Part shown: piece by piece, positions 17,537 through 26,634 of the stretch | How the letters are laid out: every line of letters starts with the position of its first letter | How positions within the stretch are numbered: the first letter of the stretch is position 1 | Assembly: GCA_002698365.1 (NCBI GenBank) | Contig: NZWM01000050.1 | Coordinates: forward strand, 1 to 40,557 | Origin: Flavobacteriales bacterium | GTDB taxonomy: Bacteria; Bacteroidota; Bacteroidia; Flavobacteriales; TMED113 | DNA length: 40,557 bases | Direction: 5' to 3' | Notes under the pieces: model-generated | Seen by the model: only the letters and a program-made list of their open reading frames with translations | Databases searched by the model: none | What the model was told of the DNA's origin: nothing | Program-made: the position numbers and the translations under genes

Positions 17537-18799
17537 ATGAAAACATTAATAAAAAATATACAACAAATAGTTGGAGTTTCCGAAGAATCTAAATGCACAA
17601 TGAAAAAAGGAAACGAAATGAATGAAATATCTATTATTAACGATGGTTGGATTCTTATAGAGGATGATGTAATTGTAGATTTTGGGAACATGGAAACATG
17701 GAAAGGGGTAGATGATTGGAATAAGACTAATATAATCGACGCAAATAATGGGACTATACTACCAGCATGGTGTGATAGCCACACTCATATTGTTTATGCT
17801 GGCACAAGAGAATTAGAATTTTTAGACAGGATCAATGGACTCTCATATGAGGAAATTGCAAAAAATGGTGGTGGAATCTTAAATTCTGCAAAACTATTAT
17901 CACAAACCGATCAAAACGTTTTATACCACCAAGCTGCAAAAAGATTAGATAAACTAATTAAACTAGGCACTGGTGCAATAGAAATTAAAAGTGGATATGG
18001 TCTTGACACAAAGAATGAGATAAAAATGCTAAAAGTCATACAAGAACTAAAACACAACTTTCCAATACCAATAAAAGCTACATTTTTAGGAGCACATGCA
18101 GTTCCTAAAGATATAACTCAAGAAAAATATGTATCCACTATCATAAATGAAATGATTCCTGAAGTAGCTAAACAGAACTTAGCTGACTATATTGATGTAT
18201 TTTGTGACAAAGGATTTTTTACAGATTATGAAACCGAAAAAATTTTAGAATGTGGCATAAAACATGGGCTCAAACCAAAAATACACGCAAATGAATTAGA
18301 TTTTTCAGGAGGAATTCAAGTGGGTGTCAAAATGAACGCCTTAAGTGTAGACCACCTAGAATTTACAGGAGAAAAAGAAATTGCTTTATTAAATAACTCT
18401 AACACGATACCAACATTATTACCAGGAACGGCACATTTCTTAGATTTAAAATACCCTCCAGCCAGACTTATGATTGACTCAGGACTCGGAGTAGCAATAG
18501 CAACTGACTACAACCCAGGATCATGTCCCTCAGGCGATATGGGGAAAATAATCTCATTAGCATGTGTTAAAATGAAAATAACTCCCACTGAAGCAATTAA
18601 TGGAGCAACGATTAATGGAGCATTCGCAATGGAGGTAAACAAGCTGTTGGGAAACATAAAAAAAGGAAAAAAAGCCAATTTAATTATAACAGAAGAAATA
18701 CCTTCAATAAATTATATACCTTATTCTATGGGAGAAAATAATATAGCTAAAGTTATAATTAATGGTAAAATTTATCATGATTCTGAAACAAATTATTAA
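17537..18799 (+). CDS. hutI: Imidazolonepropionase
   Basis: PAWCDSHTHIVYAG, GGGILNS, and an amidohydrolase fold pattern with HANE and ATDYNPGS. Confidence 0.9.
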   Translation: MKTLIKNIQQIVGVSEESKCTMKKGNEMNEISIINDGWILIEDDVIVDFGNMETWKGVDDWNKTNIIDANNGTILPAWCDSHTHIVYAGTRELEFLDRINGLSYEEIAKNGGGILNSAKLLSQTDQNVLYHQAAKRLDKLIKLGTGAIEIKSGYGLDTKNEIKMLKVIQELKHNFPIPIKATFLGAHAVPKDITQEKYVSTIINEMIPEVAKQNLADYIDVFCDKGFFTDYETEKILECGIKHGLKPKIHANELDFSGGIQVGVKMNALSVDHLEFTGEKEIALLNNSNTIPTLLPGTAHFLDLKYPPARLMIDSGLGVAIATDYNPGSCPSGDMGKIISLACVKMKITPTEAINGATINGAFAMEVNKLLGNIKKGKKANLIITEEIPSINYIPYSMGENNIAKVIINGKIYHDSETNY

Positions 18800-18821
18800 G
18801 TTTGTATTTTAGGTAGGATAA

Positions 18822-19931
18822 ATGCTTATTATGAGAACCAAAATCTATAAATATTTCTTAATCTGTTGCATAAGCTTTTTACATAGTATTCCATCTGTAC
18901 AAGCACAATGTGAATGGTTATATGAAAATCGTCCTGAGGGGTCTTATATCATAGAAGAAGATAAAATAGTGCTATTTTATTGTGAAAATTTAATGGACAT
19001 AATATATGCTCCAAATGAATACATTGATGTGTATTGGGAATACACAACAGATACAGGAGAGCAGTGTCAAGATTGGGATTGGTCTGAAGATGATTTCTTT
19101 TTTTCAGTTAATTACAATGACCCATGCATAGAAGAATTGGCAAACAACACTATTACAGTTACTTTTACAGGAGTAATTGACGAAACACTGCCACCAGAAA
19201 CTTGCACATTTGACATATTATTTAATGATCCTGGTAACCCCACAATTCAAATAGGTGAAGGTGGTGGTTTTTATGACACAAATCAACAAATTACAATATG
19301 TGAAGAAAACAATGTTGTCTTAACCGCATCGAGCTTGGGTTCAAATGCTGATTATTCTTCTTTTGAATGGTATATAAATGGAGAATTAATAGAAAATGAA
19401 AATGCAATAGAACTAAATATAAACAATACAAATTATGATATAAACTCTGCAAATACTTTTTATTTTTCTGTAACAAATTACTGCTCTGACCTTCAAGGAA
19501 ATAGTATAGATTCCGAATGGCTTACTATTAGCATTTATGAAGGTTATGATCAATGTGAACCGTGCAATTGGGATTTACCTGATTATGAGAGCAGTGAATT
19601 TTATGGTTTTTGCATCGATTGTGAGGGAGATGGGTATTTTCCTGAACCACCAAACAACGAAGAGAACAGAAGCTACGAAAACACACTTAGAATACCTACA
19701 TGCGAAGCAACAACATATCGAGTCACAATATATAATCGCTTAGGCAGAGAACTATTTCAATCAGAATATGACAATCACCCTTGGGATGGCAAATTGAAAA
19801 ATGGCAGAAAATGCAAAGAAGGAACATATTACTATAAATTAGAATATGTTTTAAACCCATCTCTCGATGAAGACCAACAAAATGAAACTAAAATATCAAC
19901 TGGAAGCGTGTACTTAGATTGGGGTAATTAA
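18822..19931 (+). CDS. Secreted acidic Cys-rich protein with a T9SS type-B (gliding-motility-associated, CHU_C-like) C-terminal sorting domain
   Basis: Signal peptide ending ...SVQAQ. The C-terminal ~90 aa (…YRVTIYNRLGRELFQSEYDNHPWDGKLKNGRKCKEGTYYYKLEY…) match the type-B sorting-domain pattern. Confidence 0.75.
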   Translation: MLIMRTKIYKYFLICCISFLHSIPSVQAQCEWLYENRPEGSYIIEEDKIVLFYCENLMDIIYAPNEYIDVYWEYTTDTGEQCQDWDWSEDDFFFSVNYNDPCIEELANNTITVTFTGVIDETLPPETCTFDILFNDPGNPTIQIGEGGGFYDTNQQITICEENNVVLTASSLGSNADYSSFEWYINGELIENENAIELNINNTNYDINSANTFYFSVTNYCSDLQGNSIDSEWLTISIYEGYDQCEPCNWDLPDYESSEFYGFCIDCEGDGYFPEPPNNEENRSYENTLRIPTCEATTYRVTIYNRLGRELFQSEYDNHPWDGKLKNGRKCKEGTYYYKLEYVLNPSLDEDQQNETKISTGSVYLDWGN

Positions 19932-19937
19932 TAAAAA

Positions 19938-21638
19938 ATGAATCAAAAACTACTTGAATGTGTTCCGAATTTCTCTGAAGGAAGAGACACAAAGATTATT
20001 GAAAAAATTGTAAACGAAGTAAACACCACAAAAGGTGTAACACTTTTAAATGTAGACCCCGGAAAAGCTACAAATAGAACAGTCGTGACATTTGTCGGAG
20101 ACCCCAAATCAGTCATAGAAGCTGCATTTAAATTAATAAAAAAAAGCGGTGAATTAATAGATATGGAAAAACATTCAGGTGAACATCCTAGGATGGGTGC
20201 AACTGATGTTTGCCCACTAATTCCAGTATCTAATATTACAATGGAAGAAACTGTAGAATATTCGAAAAAACTCGCAGAAAAAGTAGGCAACGAACTAAAT
20301 ATCCCAGTATATTTATATGAAAATTCTGCAAGTAAAAAATACAGAAGAAATTTATCTGACATCAGAGAAGGAGAATATGAAGGATTAAAGAATAAATTAA
20401 AAAACAATAAATGGCAACCCGATTTTGGTTCACAGGTATTTGAACACATAAAAAAATTCGGAGCTACAGCCATAGGCGCTAGAGATTTTCTAATAGCATA
20501 TAATATTAACCTAAACACCACTTCTACAAGAAGAGCAAATGCAATTGCATTTGACATTAGAGAAAAAGGAAGAATAGCACGAAAAGGAGGCAAACTAACA
20601 GGGCCAATACTAAAAGATAAAAATGGTAACACAATATGGAAAAAGGGGAGCCTAAAACATGTTAAAGCAATTGGCTGGTTTATTGAGGAATATGGAGTTG
20701 CCCAAATATCTATGAATTTAACTAACATCTCAAAAACACCTATTCATATTGTATTTGATGAAGTGTGCAAAAAAGCCGAAAAAAGAGGCATTAGAGTCAC
20801 TGGTTCTGAATTAGTGGGATTAATACCATTAAAATCAATGATTGATGCAGGTAAGTATTTTTTAAAAAAACAAAAAAGATCCTGTGGAATTTCAGATGCA
20901 GAAATTATTAAAATTGCTCAAAAAACAATGGGATTAGATGAAATAGAAACATTTAATCCTAATGAAAGAATTATTGAATATCAAATAAAAAATCAAGCAA
21001 AGAAATTAACTCAATTATCATTAACTGATTTTCTACAAGAAACAGCATCTGAAAGCCCTGCTCCTGGTGGTGGATCAATATCTGCATATATAGGTGCCTT
21101 AGGTGCTTCACTAGCTACTATGGTTGCAAATTTATCTAGTCACAAAAGAGGCTGGGATGATAAATGGGAGGAATTTTCTATACTTGCAGAAAACGGGCAA
21201 AAATATATTATACAACTAGAAAAACTAGTTGATGAAGACACAAACGCATTCAATAACATTATAAATGCTTTTAGATTAGCAGATACAACAGAAAAAGAAA
21301 AAGAACACAAAAATGCTGAAATACAAAAAGCCACCTTATATGCTATAGAAATTCCTTTGAAAATCATGGAAAAGTCATTAAAATCCATGGATTTAATAGA
21401 AACCTTAGTGCAGTCGGGCAATCCAAATTCAGTAAGTGATGCAGGTGTGGCTGCAGCATGTGCAAGATCAGCGGTTTTAGGTGGTTATTTAAATGTAATG
21501 ATCAATATCAAAGACTACGACAACGAAACAGACAAAATCAACATCATTAAAAAGGCTGAAAAAATAAAAGAAAAGGCTATCAAAAAAGAAGATCAAATTC
21601 TTAAAAAAACCATGAAAATAATACAAAAGCCTATTTAA
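19938..21638 (+). CDS. ftcD: Bifunctional glutamate formimidoyltransferase / formimidoyltetrahydrofolate cyclodeaminase
   Basis: N-terminal LLECVPNFSEGRD...EHPRMGATDVCP (transferase domain). C-terminal ...SESPAPGGGSISAYIGALGASLATMVANLS (cyclodeaminase domain). Length is 566 aa. Confidence 0.9.
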   Translation: MNQKLLECVPNFSEGRDTKIIEKIVNEVNTTKGVTLLNVDPGKATNRTVVTFVGDPKSVIEAAFKLIKKSGELIDMEKHSGEHPRMGATDVCPLIPVSNITMEETVEYSKKLAEKVGNELNIPVYLYENSASKKYRRNLSDIREGEYEGLKNKLKNNKWQPDFGSQVFEHIKKFGATAIGARDFLIAYNINLNTTSTRRANAIAFDIREKGRIARKGGKLTGPILKDKNGNTIWKKGSLKHVKAIGWFIEEYGVAQISMNLTNISKTPIHIVFDEVCKKAEKRGIRVTGSELVGLIPLKSMIDAGKYFLKKQKRSCGISDAEIIKIAQKTMGLDEIETFNPNERIIEYQIKNQAKKLTQLSLTDFLQETASESPAPGGGSISAYIGALGASLATMVANLSSHKRGWDDKWEEFSILAENGQKYIIQLEKLVDEDTNAFNNIINAFRLADTTEKEKEHKNAEIQKATLYAIEIPLKIMEKSLKSMDLIETLVQSGNPNSVSDAGVAAACARSAVLGGYLNVMINIKDYDNETDKINIIKKAEKIKEKAIKKEDQILKKTMKIIQKPI

Positions 21639-21644
21639 AAAAGT

Positions 21645-22226
21645 ATGAAAAGAAGAACCATAAAAAGAATAAGAAGGATATATCTTTTTTCCTCTATTCT
21701 AATGGGTATATTATCACCATTAATTTGTTTATATTTTTTTCCCGATTTTGACCCAAGAATTCATCCAATTTCATTATTTGGCATACTAAAAGAATCCGCT
21801 CTCATTTTCACAATTTCTTTAATGATGTTTTCAATAGCACTACTATGGAATGGAATGACAGTTGTGCGAAAATTAATAAAACACAAAAAATATCAATTCT
21901 GGTTACGATTATTGCTTGCGACTGCTAGTTTCAACTTATGCTTAACGGGCATTATACCAATGACACTAGGACCTCTGCATCAAATTCCTGCTTTATGTTT
22001 TTTTCTAGCTTACAATTTTTTTATTTTTCTATTTGGAATAGCAAGAACAAAATCATATGTGAGACAAGGATTGTTTTCTAGCATAACAGGTAGTTTAATG
22101 CTTCTATCATCTTTGTTACTTATCCCATTTCCAAGTTATGGAGTAGCCGAAATATGGTATATACTTCTAATCTTTTTTTGGAATACAATGATGTGGCTCC
22201 ATCAGCAGAAGTTAATACGCATGTAA
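21645..22226 (+). CDS. Hypothetical integral membrane protein (about 6 TM segments)
   Basis: A 193-aa hydrophobic ORF 6 nt after ftcD. No motif recognised. Confidence 0.6.
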   Translation: MKRRTIKRIRRIYLFSSILMGILSPLICLYFFPDFDPRIHPISLFGILKESALIFTISLMMFSIALLWNGMTVVRKLIKHKKYQFWLRLLLATASFNLCLTGIIPMTLGPLHQIPALCFFLAYNFFIFLFGIARTKSYVRQGLFSSITGSLMLLSSLLLIPFPSYGVAEIWYILLIFFWNTMMWLHQQKLIRM

Positions 22227-24194
22227 TTCAAAAACCTGATGTTCCAATCTATTTTTTGCTAAGTACTTATTTTCTAAATCAGCAGCAAATGGAACCGGAG
22301 TATCTAAGCTAGACACTCGATATATCGGAGCATCCAAATACTCAAATAAATCTTTTGCAATCAAAGACGCTATATCTGCACCAAATCCCCCAATATGAGT
22401 GTCTTCATGTAGAATTAGCACTTTACCTGTTTTCTTTACTGTTTCTTGAATAGCTGTAACATCTAAAGGAATAAGAGTTCTTAAATCTAAAAGATCTATC
22501 GAAATATTATTGTGACTCTTGATAAAATCTAATGCCCAATGCACTCCCATACCATATGTAATAATACTGAGATCATGTCCAGATTGCAATAAATTGGCTT
22601 TGCCCAATGGTATAGTATAATAATCTTGCGACACATTTTGAGAAATACTTCGATATAATGCTTTATGTTCAAAAAACATAATAGGATTCGGATCTTCTAT
22701 TGAGGATAATAGCAGGCCTTTGGCATCTGATGGAAATGCAGGATAAACAACTTTTAAACCTGGAGTATGAGTAAACCAAGCTTCATTAGTTTGTGAATGA
22801 AAAGGTCCTGCTCCAACACCACCACCACATGGCATTCTTACAACCACATCAGAAGACTGCCCCCATCTATAATGAGATTTAGCCAAATTATTGACAACAG
22901 CATTAAATCCACTCGTGACAAAATCAGCAAACTGCATTTCTACCACACTTTTCAAACCCACAACTGAAATACCCAATGCCATACTTAAAACTATGGATTC
23001 ACATATCGGAGTATTCCTAACTCTATCTTTACCAAAAAGATCCAAGAATCCGTCAGAAATTTTAAATACCCCACCATAATCTGCAATATCTTGACCCATA
23101 AAAATCAAATCATCATATTTTTCCATTCCTTGTTTTAAAGCAGAAGAAATAGCATCTATAAATCTTACTTCTACTACATCATTTGACGGAGTTACCTCTT
23201 TTAAATCATATTCTTTAAAAACACTACTCAACTCATTGTCTTCATCGGCTATTATATCATTTTCAGAAAAGGCCTCTTTAATAGAAAAATCTATTTCATT
23301 TTGAATATCCTCTTTCCAAGCAGCTATATCTTTTTGACTCACTATGTTTTCTTTCAAAAGCTGATTTTCAAAATTTGTTATAGGATCTTTCTCTGACCAT
23401 TTATCTAATAATTTTTTTGGAACATATTTAACACCAGAAGCTTCTTCATGTCCACGCATTCGAAATGTATTACACTCTATTAAAACTGGCCTTGGATTCT
23501 TTCGAATACTTTTTGCTAAATCCTGTATCTTTTGAAAAACATCAATTACATTATTCCCATCAATAGTATACCCATCAATACCATAACCAAGAGCACGATC
23601 AGATAATTTCTTACAATTATATTGTTCTTGAACTGGAGTAGATAAACCATATCCATTATTTTCAATTAAAAAAATTACAGGCAAAGACCATACAGACGCA
23701 ATATTTAATGCTTCATGAAAATCACCCTCACTAGTGCCCCCTTCGCCAGTAAAAACCAAACACACTTTATTTTGTTTTTTAATTAGATTACCTAGAGCTA
23801 TACCACTAGCGACGCCCATTTGAGGCCCCAAATGAGAAATCATGCCAACTATATGATGTGCAAGTGAACCAAAATGAAAAGACCTATCTCTACCATTTGT
23901 AAAACCTAATTTTTTACCCTGGAACTGGGAGAATAAACGAGAGAGCTCAATATTTCTACCCACAAAAATGCCTAAATTTCTATGCATTGGCAAAATATAT
24001 TCATTTTCATCTAAAGCATTCACAACAGCAGCAGAAATAGCTTCTTGCCCAATCCCAGAAAACCATTTAGAAATCTTACCTTGCCTTAATAACACAAGCA
24101 TTTTCTCTTCAATCATCCTAGGCTTCAACATCGATAAATACAAATCAACTAGTATCTGCCTATTGAAATTTGATATATTATAATTAATTTTCAT
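22212..24194 (-). CDS. 2-oxoacid dehydrogenase E1 component, fused alpha and beta subunits (TPP-dependent)
   Basis: The N-terminal half has the TPP motif (GEGGTSEGDFHEALN...NNGYGLST). The C-terminal half is transketolase-like beta (…FMGQDIADYGGVF…PICESIV…). The ATG at 24194 is preferred over the TTG at 24203. Confidence 0.88.
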   Translation of the reverse strand: MKINYNISNFNRQILVDLYLSMLKPRMIEEKMLVLLRQGKISKWFSGIGQEAISAAVVNALDENEYILPMHRNLGIFVGRNIELSRLFSQFQGKKLGFTNGRDRSFHFGSLAHHIVGMISHLGPQMGVASGIALGNLIKKQNKVCLVFTGEGGTSEGDFHEALNIASVWSLPVIFLIENNGYGLSTPVQEQYNCKKLSDRALGYGIDGYTIDGNNVIDVFQKIQDLAKSIRKNPRPVLIECNTFRMRGHEEASGVKYVPKKLLDKWSEKDPITNFENQLLKENIVSQKDIAAWKEDIQNEIDFSIKEAFSENDIIADEDNELSSVFKEYDLKEVTPSNDVVEVRFIDAISSALKQGMEKYDDLIFMGQDIADYGGVFKISDGFLDLFGKDRVRNTPICESIVLSMALGISVVGLKSVVEMQFADFVTSGFNAVVNNLAKSHYRWGQSSDVVVRMPCGGGVGAGPFHSQTNEAWFTHTPGLKVVYPAFPSDAKGLLLSSIEDPNPIMFFEHKALYRSISQNVSQDYYTIPLGKANLLQSGHDLSIITYGMGVHWALDFIKSHNNISIDLLDLRTLIPLDVTAIQETVKKTGKVLILHEDTHIGGFGADIASLIAKDLFEYLDAPIYRVSSLDTPVPFAADLENKYLAKNRLEHQVFELHAY

Positions 24195-24200
24195 TTGTTC

Positions 24201-24208
24201 CAAAATTA
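24201..24208 (-). promoter_or_regulatory. Possible -7 box (TAATTTTG on the minus strand) abutting the E1 start
   Basis: Exact TAnnTTTG match on the minus strand. There are 6 nt between its G and the ATG at 24194. Confidence 0.35.
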
Positions 24209-24259
24209 TATAATTAAATATTTAATTTTACTGTAATTATCAATTATTTAAAATTAATC

Positions 24260-25216
24260 ATGAATACCTTCAATAAAATACCATCACTAGACTTAAATGA
24301 TTTCAAAAGTAAAGATCTCAGCAAGAAACTAAATTTTGTAAAAAAATTAGGCGAAGCATATGAGGAAGTTGGGTTTTTATCTCTTAAAAATTATGGACTT
24401 TCTAATAACCTTGAGAAAGAATTATATGAAGAAATTGAAAGTTTTTTTAATTTACCCATTGAAATTAAATCAAAATACGAAAAACCTGAACTAAATGGGC
24501 AAAGAGGATATGTGTCTTTTGGTAAGGAAAAAGCAAAAGGATATAAGAAGTCTGATTTAAAAGAATTTTGGCATTTTGGACAAGAATTATCAAAAGATGA
24601 TCCACTTATTCATGAATATGAACCAAATGTATTTTGTAACGAATTACCAAATTTTAATAAAATTGGTCGCAAAGTATTTAAGAAATTGGAAAAAACTGGC
24701 ATTTATATTCTACAAGCATTAGCGATGTACCTGCAATTACCTAATAATTATTTTGACAAAAAAGTGAATGGAGGAAATAGTATATTAAGAGCTATACATT
24801 ACCCCCCAATAAAAACTGAACCAAAAGGAGCAGTTCGAGCAGCAGCTCATGGAGATATCAATTTAATCACTATTTTAATGGGTGCCAGTGCAGCTGGACT
24901 AGAAGTCCAAACAAGAAGTGGAAAATGGATTCCTGTGACAGCACTCCCAAATCAAGTAGTAGTTAATATTGGCGACATGATGTCTAGATTAACAAATAAC
25001 AAATTACATTCATCCATCCATCAAGTGGTTAATCCTCCAAAAAAAGATTGGAGCAAACCACGATTCTCCATCCCCTTCTTTATGCACCCAAGATCAGAGA
25101 TGTCTTTAAACTGTTTAGCTTGCTGCATAGATGAAAAAAACCCAAAACAATTCGAGGATATCACTGCTGGATCATTTTTAGAAGAAAGAATTAAAGAACT
25201 AGGTCTAAAAAAATGA
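24260..25216 (+). CDS. 2-oxoglutarate/Fe(II)-dependent oxygenase, isopenicillin-N-synthase-like family
   Basis: HxD...H facial triad context (AAAHGDINLITIL ... LHSSIHQV) and RFSIPFF (2OG-binding Arg-x-Ser). Confidence 0.8.
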   Translation: MNTFNKIPSLDLNDFKSKDLSKKLNFVKKLGEAYEEVGFLSLKNYGLSNNLEKELYEEIESFFNLPIEIKSKYEKPELNGQRGYVSFGKEKAKGYKKSDLKEFWHFGQELSKDDPLIHEYEPNVFCNELPNFNKIGRKVFKKLEKTGIYILQALAMYLQLPNNYFDKKVNGGNSILRAIHYPPIKTEPKGAVRAAAHGDINLITILMGASAAGLEVQTRSGKWIPVTALPNQVVVNIGDMMSRLTNNKLHSSIHQVVNPPKKDWSKPRFSIPFFMHPRSEMSLNCLACCIDEKNPKQFEDITAGSFLEERIKELGLKK

Positions 25217-25533
25217 AAAAAGAAGGCATTGTTTATTCTACAAATAAAAATCTTCATATAGAAGAATTAGAAGAATTAGAAGTCAATAAAAGTGATTTTA
25301 TTGTTTCAGTTTGTTTTGAAAAAAAAGGTAGAGCAGGCAAAGGTGTAACCATCATTAGGGGTGTTGAAGGAAATCAAAATATGTTAAAAAGTTTAGCAAA
25401 AGAAATCAAAAAAACTTTATCTATAGGTGGTAGCAATAAAAATGGTGAAATAATACTACAAGGCAGAATACAAGATAAAGTGATTGCATTACTAAATAAA
25501 AAAGGATATAACACTAAAAAGGTGGGAGGATAG
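25213..25533 (+). CDS. SUI1/eIF1-family translation initiation factor (YciH-like)
   Basis: ...KKGRAGKGVTIIRG... and ...GGSNKNGEIILQG...V..LL...G are typical of the SUI1 domain. The start overlaps the oxygenase stop (ATGA). Confidence 0.85.
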   Translation: MKKEGIVYSTNKNLHIEELEELEVNKSDFIVSVCFEKKGRAGKGVTIIRGVEGNQNMLKSLAKEIKKTLSIGGSNKNGEIILQGRIQDKVIALLNKKGYNTKKVGG

Positions 25534-26634
25534 CTAACTCTTTAAAACCGACGAATAACACTGCTCATATAAAGGTATGATGTTATTAATATCATATATT
25601 TTTGCTATTCTATATGCATTAGCACTCATTTTAGAATATAAATCGGAATCACACAATAAATCAATCGACATCTTGGTCATATTTACAACATCTCCTACAT
25701 TACAAGCATAACCTGTTTCACCATCTTTAACCAATTCAGTAATACCTCCTGAATTTGTTGTTACAACAGGAACACCAAATGACATCGCCTCTAAGGCAAC
25801 AAGTCCAAAACTTTCTGACTCAGATGGCAATAGAAACAAATCTGTATCTCGAAGAATAGAATCTATATTTTTACTTTTCCCAAGAAAAGAAACTTGGGAT
25901 TCCAAATTGTATTCTTTTACTAAAGCTTTAGCTTTTAACAAGTCAGGGCCATCACCAATCAAAATTAATTCAGAATCAATTTTATCACAAATCCCTAAAA
26001 ATACTCGAATTACGTCCATTATCCTTTTAACAGGTCTAAAATTAGAAATATGTGTAATTTTTTTCTTCTTGTTCAATATTCTTGGCGGCAAAAAACCATT
26101 CTCTAAATTAATAAAATTAGGAATCACTTTAATCTCATGCTTTATATTAAAATAAGTCAATGTTTCTTGTTTTAAATCTTCTGAAACACAAGTAACCAAA
26201 GAAGATTTATTTATAGCATAATTAACAGAGGACAAAACAAATGGACTCTTTCCAACTAAAGTGATATCTGTGCCATGTAAAGTAGTAACAATTGGAATAG
26301 TAATATTTTTCTCTAATAGAATTTGTTGTGCATTAACTGCAGCATAAGCATGAGGAATAGCATAATGCACATGCAATACATCTAAACAAAAACACTCAAC
26401 TACTTCAGCTATTCTTGCAGATAAAGCTAACTCATAAGGTGGATATTCAAACAACGGATATGTCGGAATATTCACTTTATGATAATAAATATTTTCTTTT
26501 AATAAATCTAACCTAACAGGCTTCTCATATGATATGAAATGGATTTCATGCTTATTTAACAAACCTAGACCTAACTCAGATGCCACAATTCCACTTCCAC
26601 CAAATGTCGGATAACAAATCATACCTATTTTCAT
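25534..26634 (-). CDS. bshA: N-acetyl-alpha-D-glucosaminyl L-malate synthase (GT4 glycosyltransferase, bacillithiol biosynthesis)
   Basis: MKIGMICYPTFGGSGIVASELG, and a GT4 E-x7-E region (PSESESFGLVALEAMSFGVPVV). Confidence 0.8.
   Translation of the reverse strand: MKIGMICYPTFGGSGIVASELGLGLLNKHEIHFISYEKPVRLDLLKENIYYHKVNIPTYPLFEYPPYELALSARIAEVVECFCLDVLHVHYAIPHAYAAVNAQQILLEKNITIPIVTTLHGTDITLVGKSPFVLSSVNYAINKSSLVTCVSEDLKQETLTYFNIKHEIKVIPNFINLENGFLPPRILNKKKKITHISNFRPVKRIMDVIRVFLGICDKIDSELILIGDGPDLLKAKALVKEYNLESQVSFLGKSKNIDSILRDTDLFLLPSESESFGLVALEAMSFGVPVVTTNSGGITELVKDGETGYACNVGDVVNMTKMSIDLLCDSDLYSKMSANAYRIAKIYDINNIIPLYEQCYSSVLKS

Noticed and set aside
19943-20728. A 261-aa ORF antisense to ftcD, strikingly long for AT-rich DNA.
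   Set aside because: It lies fully inside a gene with unmistakable FTCD motifs. Its frame is offset by one nt from the sense codons, so it needs only avoidance of Y|TA and T|CA junctions. Its composition (Phe/Ser/Leu/Ile-rich, no motifs, no promoter box or independent spacing) is typical of a shadow ORF.
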